Assembly (NCBI GenBank): GCA_043228905.1
Contig: JBHGNT010000003.1
Location: 21,452,001 to 21,516,000, forward strand
DNA length: 64,000 nucleotides
Reading direction: 5' to 3'
From: Azolla caroliniana
Lineage: Eukaryota > Plantae > Polypodiophyta
Below, in pieces: positions 61,001-64,000 of the stretch (position 1 is the stretch's first letter; the number at the start of each line of letters is the position of its first letter). The notes below the pieces were generated by a model. It saw only the letters and a list, made by a program, of their open reading frames with translations. It made no database searches and was not told where the DNA came from. A program made the position numbers and the translations under genes.

Positions 61001-64000
61001 CGCATCCTCTAGCCTTTGTAGCACCTTCTCGCAGTCGTCGATGTGTGCTGCCACGAATCGCCGGCATCCGTCCGGCCCGAGTGTCTCGTCCTTCTCTTCC
61101 ACCGGGCACCCCTTGATCGGGATGTCGTCTAGAAACGGCATGGTGATGTCCGGGATGCAATCCCTCAGTACCTTGTTCATTGCATTCACCATGTGGGCCA
61201 CCGAGTTAGTCCCTCCTTGTGGCAGGGTACACATTCGCACTAGGCCGAGGGGAGTTCGCATCGTCGTAATGTCTCTGATCTCCACGGCTAGCTGGAACTG
61301 GTCGTACCCCGAGTACAGATCACCGACCGAGTAAATCGACCTTCCGGCGAAGGCCTCCGCGAACTCGTCTATGGTCGGTCCGATTCCTGCGTTCCGAATG
61401 GTCACTCTGTTGACCGGCTGCAGGTCTTGAATGAAGCGCAATGTTCCATTTTTCTTTGGTACGGTAAACCATCGGTTCGAGTATGGGGCACTCGACGGTT
61501 TGAGAATGCCCATATCAACTTTCTGCCTCAATAGCTCCATCAACTTCGGGATGTGAGCTCTCAGCACCGGAATCGGCTTGAGATTCCAGGCACATGCGGT
61601 ACCGTGAATATCACCATCGGCTCCACGATTGTCGGGTCTACGCACCCGATCTCTTCCGGCGAGAATGCGAAGGCTTTCCCGTGCCTTCTGAGCATTCTCC
61701 GAAACCGGTCTTCCTCCGCCGGCAGTAGGAACCCGCCCCCACCGATTTTGAGCTCCCGGAGCGTCCCGTCGGTGAAGGTGTGTCCTATGCAGACCGGATC
61801 TCGCAAACTAGGGTCCGACGCAACCCCTCTGATTCGGGACTTGCTGCCCTCCGGTAAGGGTGCCGCGACTGGCCTTACCTTCCGGTCCACAGTCTTGTAC
61901 TTCGTGCTAACTCGGGCCGTCCGATCCGACCCGAGCCCCTGACTGAAGTTCGTGATGACTTCGTACATCTCTTCGGAACATACTAGTATCGTCCGGTCTT
62001 CGTTAAGGTCTTCTCCAGCTACCTTCCTCAGCATCCCCAAGGTGTCGTCGAAGGAGACCGCCTCCACGGCTCCGCTGATTTCCTCGTCCGGGCCGAGAAC
62101 TCCGCACGCTCGAAGTCGCTCTTCCACCCTTGCCTTCTCTCGGCCAACGATGCCAACTATCATACACCCTCCGTCGTTGGAGAAGCAAAATTTTCTACCT
62201 ATCGTACAAGGATTCTTCGGTTTCGGTTCTATCGTACAGCTGTGGGGTCTTTCTCGAGTGTCCGGACAGTCTCGGCCCCACGCCTTGGCAGCCCTCTCTA
62301 AAAATCCTCCCGGTTCTCGCCACCGAGGGACTCGCGGTTTCGCTCGTGGTTCGGCCGCACCGTGAGAAATTGGACTGAATGGCGCCCGTCCTGGCTTTTG
62401 ACCCTCGCATAGGCCAAACCGTTGTCTAGTACTTTGGTCTCCATTCTCGCCGCCGTGATGTATGGTTCCCCTAATATGACCGGATGCGAGGACGTCTCCT
62501 GCACGAAGAAGTGTTGGTCAATCTCGACGTCGTCGATCTTGACTCACACATTTGGGCAGGCCCCGTGCAGTTCCTTGGTGGCGCGCGTCGCCGCCCGTAT
62601 CTTCCACCCGTGCTTGGTGTTGATCGGCCATTTTCCCTTCTTATAGAAGTCCATGGACATCAGGTTTATTTCCGAACCGTGGTCCACCAGTGCCATCACC
62701 GGTTCCTGAACATCTTTGATCTTTACCGGGGTCTCCGTGGTCGCTCGGGCCCAGTGTGGCCTCGAATAGTGGCTCTCCGCCCACTCGTCTTCCAGCGACA
62801 AATCGTCGATGTGTGTCGTCCGCACCTCCACCGGTCTTTCCGGTTCTGTCTCCGTCGACAGCCTCTTCCGTTTCACTAAGTCTACAATGGAGTCGTGGAA
62901 CTCTTTCTTGGCGATCCCTAGCACCTCCCGCAACGACAACTCCACTTTGTTGTCGAGGATCCGTTCTTCTAGGACCTTTCGTAGGTCTGTGGTTCTTTCT
63001 ATTTCCGTCCCCTAGTCGATATCCGCCCTTCCTGGGGTTATCTTGCGAGCTGGACCCACCGGCATCGTTCCGTCGTTGCCCGAATCGGGTCTCGTACCGT
63101 TGCGAGGGCCCGGCCGCTCCGGCTTTCCCCACTCGTTTGTCTTCTACCAGAGCCTCGTAGTTCCGGCAGGCGACTTCTACGAAGCCCGTTTTCTCCTCGA
63201 CCGGGTCGCTCCACCCGGTACTTCCCGGACCCGTCTCTCAGCGCGGTCTGCTTCATCTTTCCTCAACCGTGCGCTGGCGAGGCCTTCCAGCATTGCCGAC
63301 CAGAATCCGTCTTTGCTCTCCTTTCGGGCCTCGCTGCCCCCGACCCGAATGCCGGCCGACGCCGAGTAGTGGATGGCCTCCACGTGTCGGGCCGCTGCCT
63401 CTTCCATCAGACTCTTCATACCTCCTCGCCCGTCGTTTTGGTTTAGGGCCCTCTTGGTGTCACCGGCGTGCACTCGGCCTTCCCACAGGTACACCACCCG
63501 GTTCCTCAACGCCTCTGCGAAATCGCCGCAGTCCTTCCGAATGTGGCCGACCTCGTCGCACCACATGCACCTGTTCCCTGCTGCCGGCCGTCAGTCACAA
63601 GCCGGTTCGTCGCCTTCCCTTCAAGTCTGGGCAATCTGGAGATCCTTTATCGCCCGCGTCAACTCCTCCAGCGCCGCTCCTCCAGACGAGCCATTGACCA
63701 TGCCGGTTGAAGCTGAACCGGTTTCGAGCCATTCCCGGGCCTCTTCCCTTCGCCCTTGCGGTGCCGGTTCAAGCCTCCTTGCTGTGACAGAGCCTACATC
63801 GGCCGCCCCGTCATCAGCCCATTCTCGTCGTTTGTCGAAACGGCCACAAACTCTCTTAACCGCAGCCCAGTCGGTCGTCAGCCCGTCTTCGGTTTCCAGC
63901 AAGGAGCTGACCTGATCCCGGTCCCGCTCATTCACCGACTTCACGAGCAGTAGGACCCGGCTCGTATCCAGAATGGTTCGGTCAAGCGCCGAAAGGCGCG
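58059..64000 (-). mobile_element. Ty3/gypsy retrotransposon (Ylt1/fungal-like RT), 5' part beyond window
   Basis: 3' LTR 58059-58730; PPT identical to 53725-53741; INT 58742-60112 (WFGPY); RH 60134-60769; RT 60809-61645 (RFIQDLQPVN, DLYSGYDQ, FLDDIP); PR 62298-62945 (LVDHGSE); gag CCHC 63177-63566; few stops or frameshifts. Confidence 0.95.

Overview
A eukaryotic, transposon-dominated nuclear window from a land plant. A non-seed plant such as a fern is likely; this is inference from the TE spectrum, a PLS-type PPR remnant and the tRNA sequence. The only intact cellular protein-coding gene is an intronless, GC-rich nicotianamine synthase (28421-29515, minus). The rest is nested, mostly decayed TEs: several Ty1/copia copies (tRNA-iMet PBS), a Ty3/gypsy element with an extra ~900-codon 3' ORF inserted in an L1 LINE, hAT MITEs and solo LTRs. 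Most notable: (i) a ~2.7-kb tRNA-Thr(UGU)-based higher-order tandem array with an internal inversion ending at a 70-bp mini-hAT; (ii) a Ylt1/fungal-like gypsy family (autonomous copy, young non-autonomous copy with a tRNA-Trp PBS, solo LTRs) whose readable insertion sites are mostly 4-bp, CG-centred; (iii) a DUF7869/Sola-like DDE transposase with a C-terminal beta-barrel-like domain, paired head-to-head with a spliced unknown gene. All coordinates were read by eye and no database searches were run.
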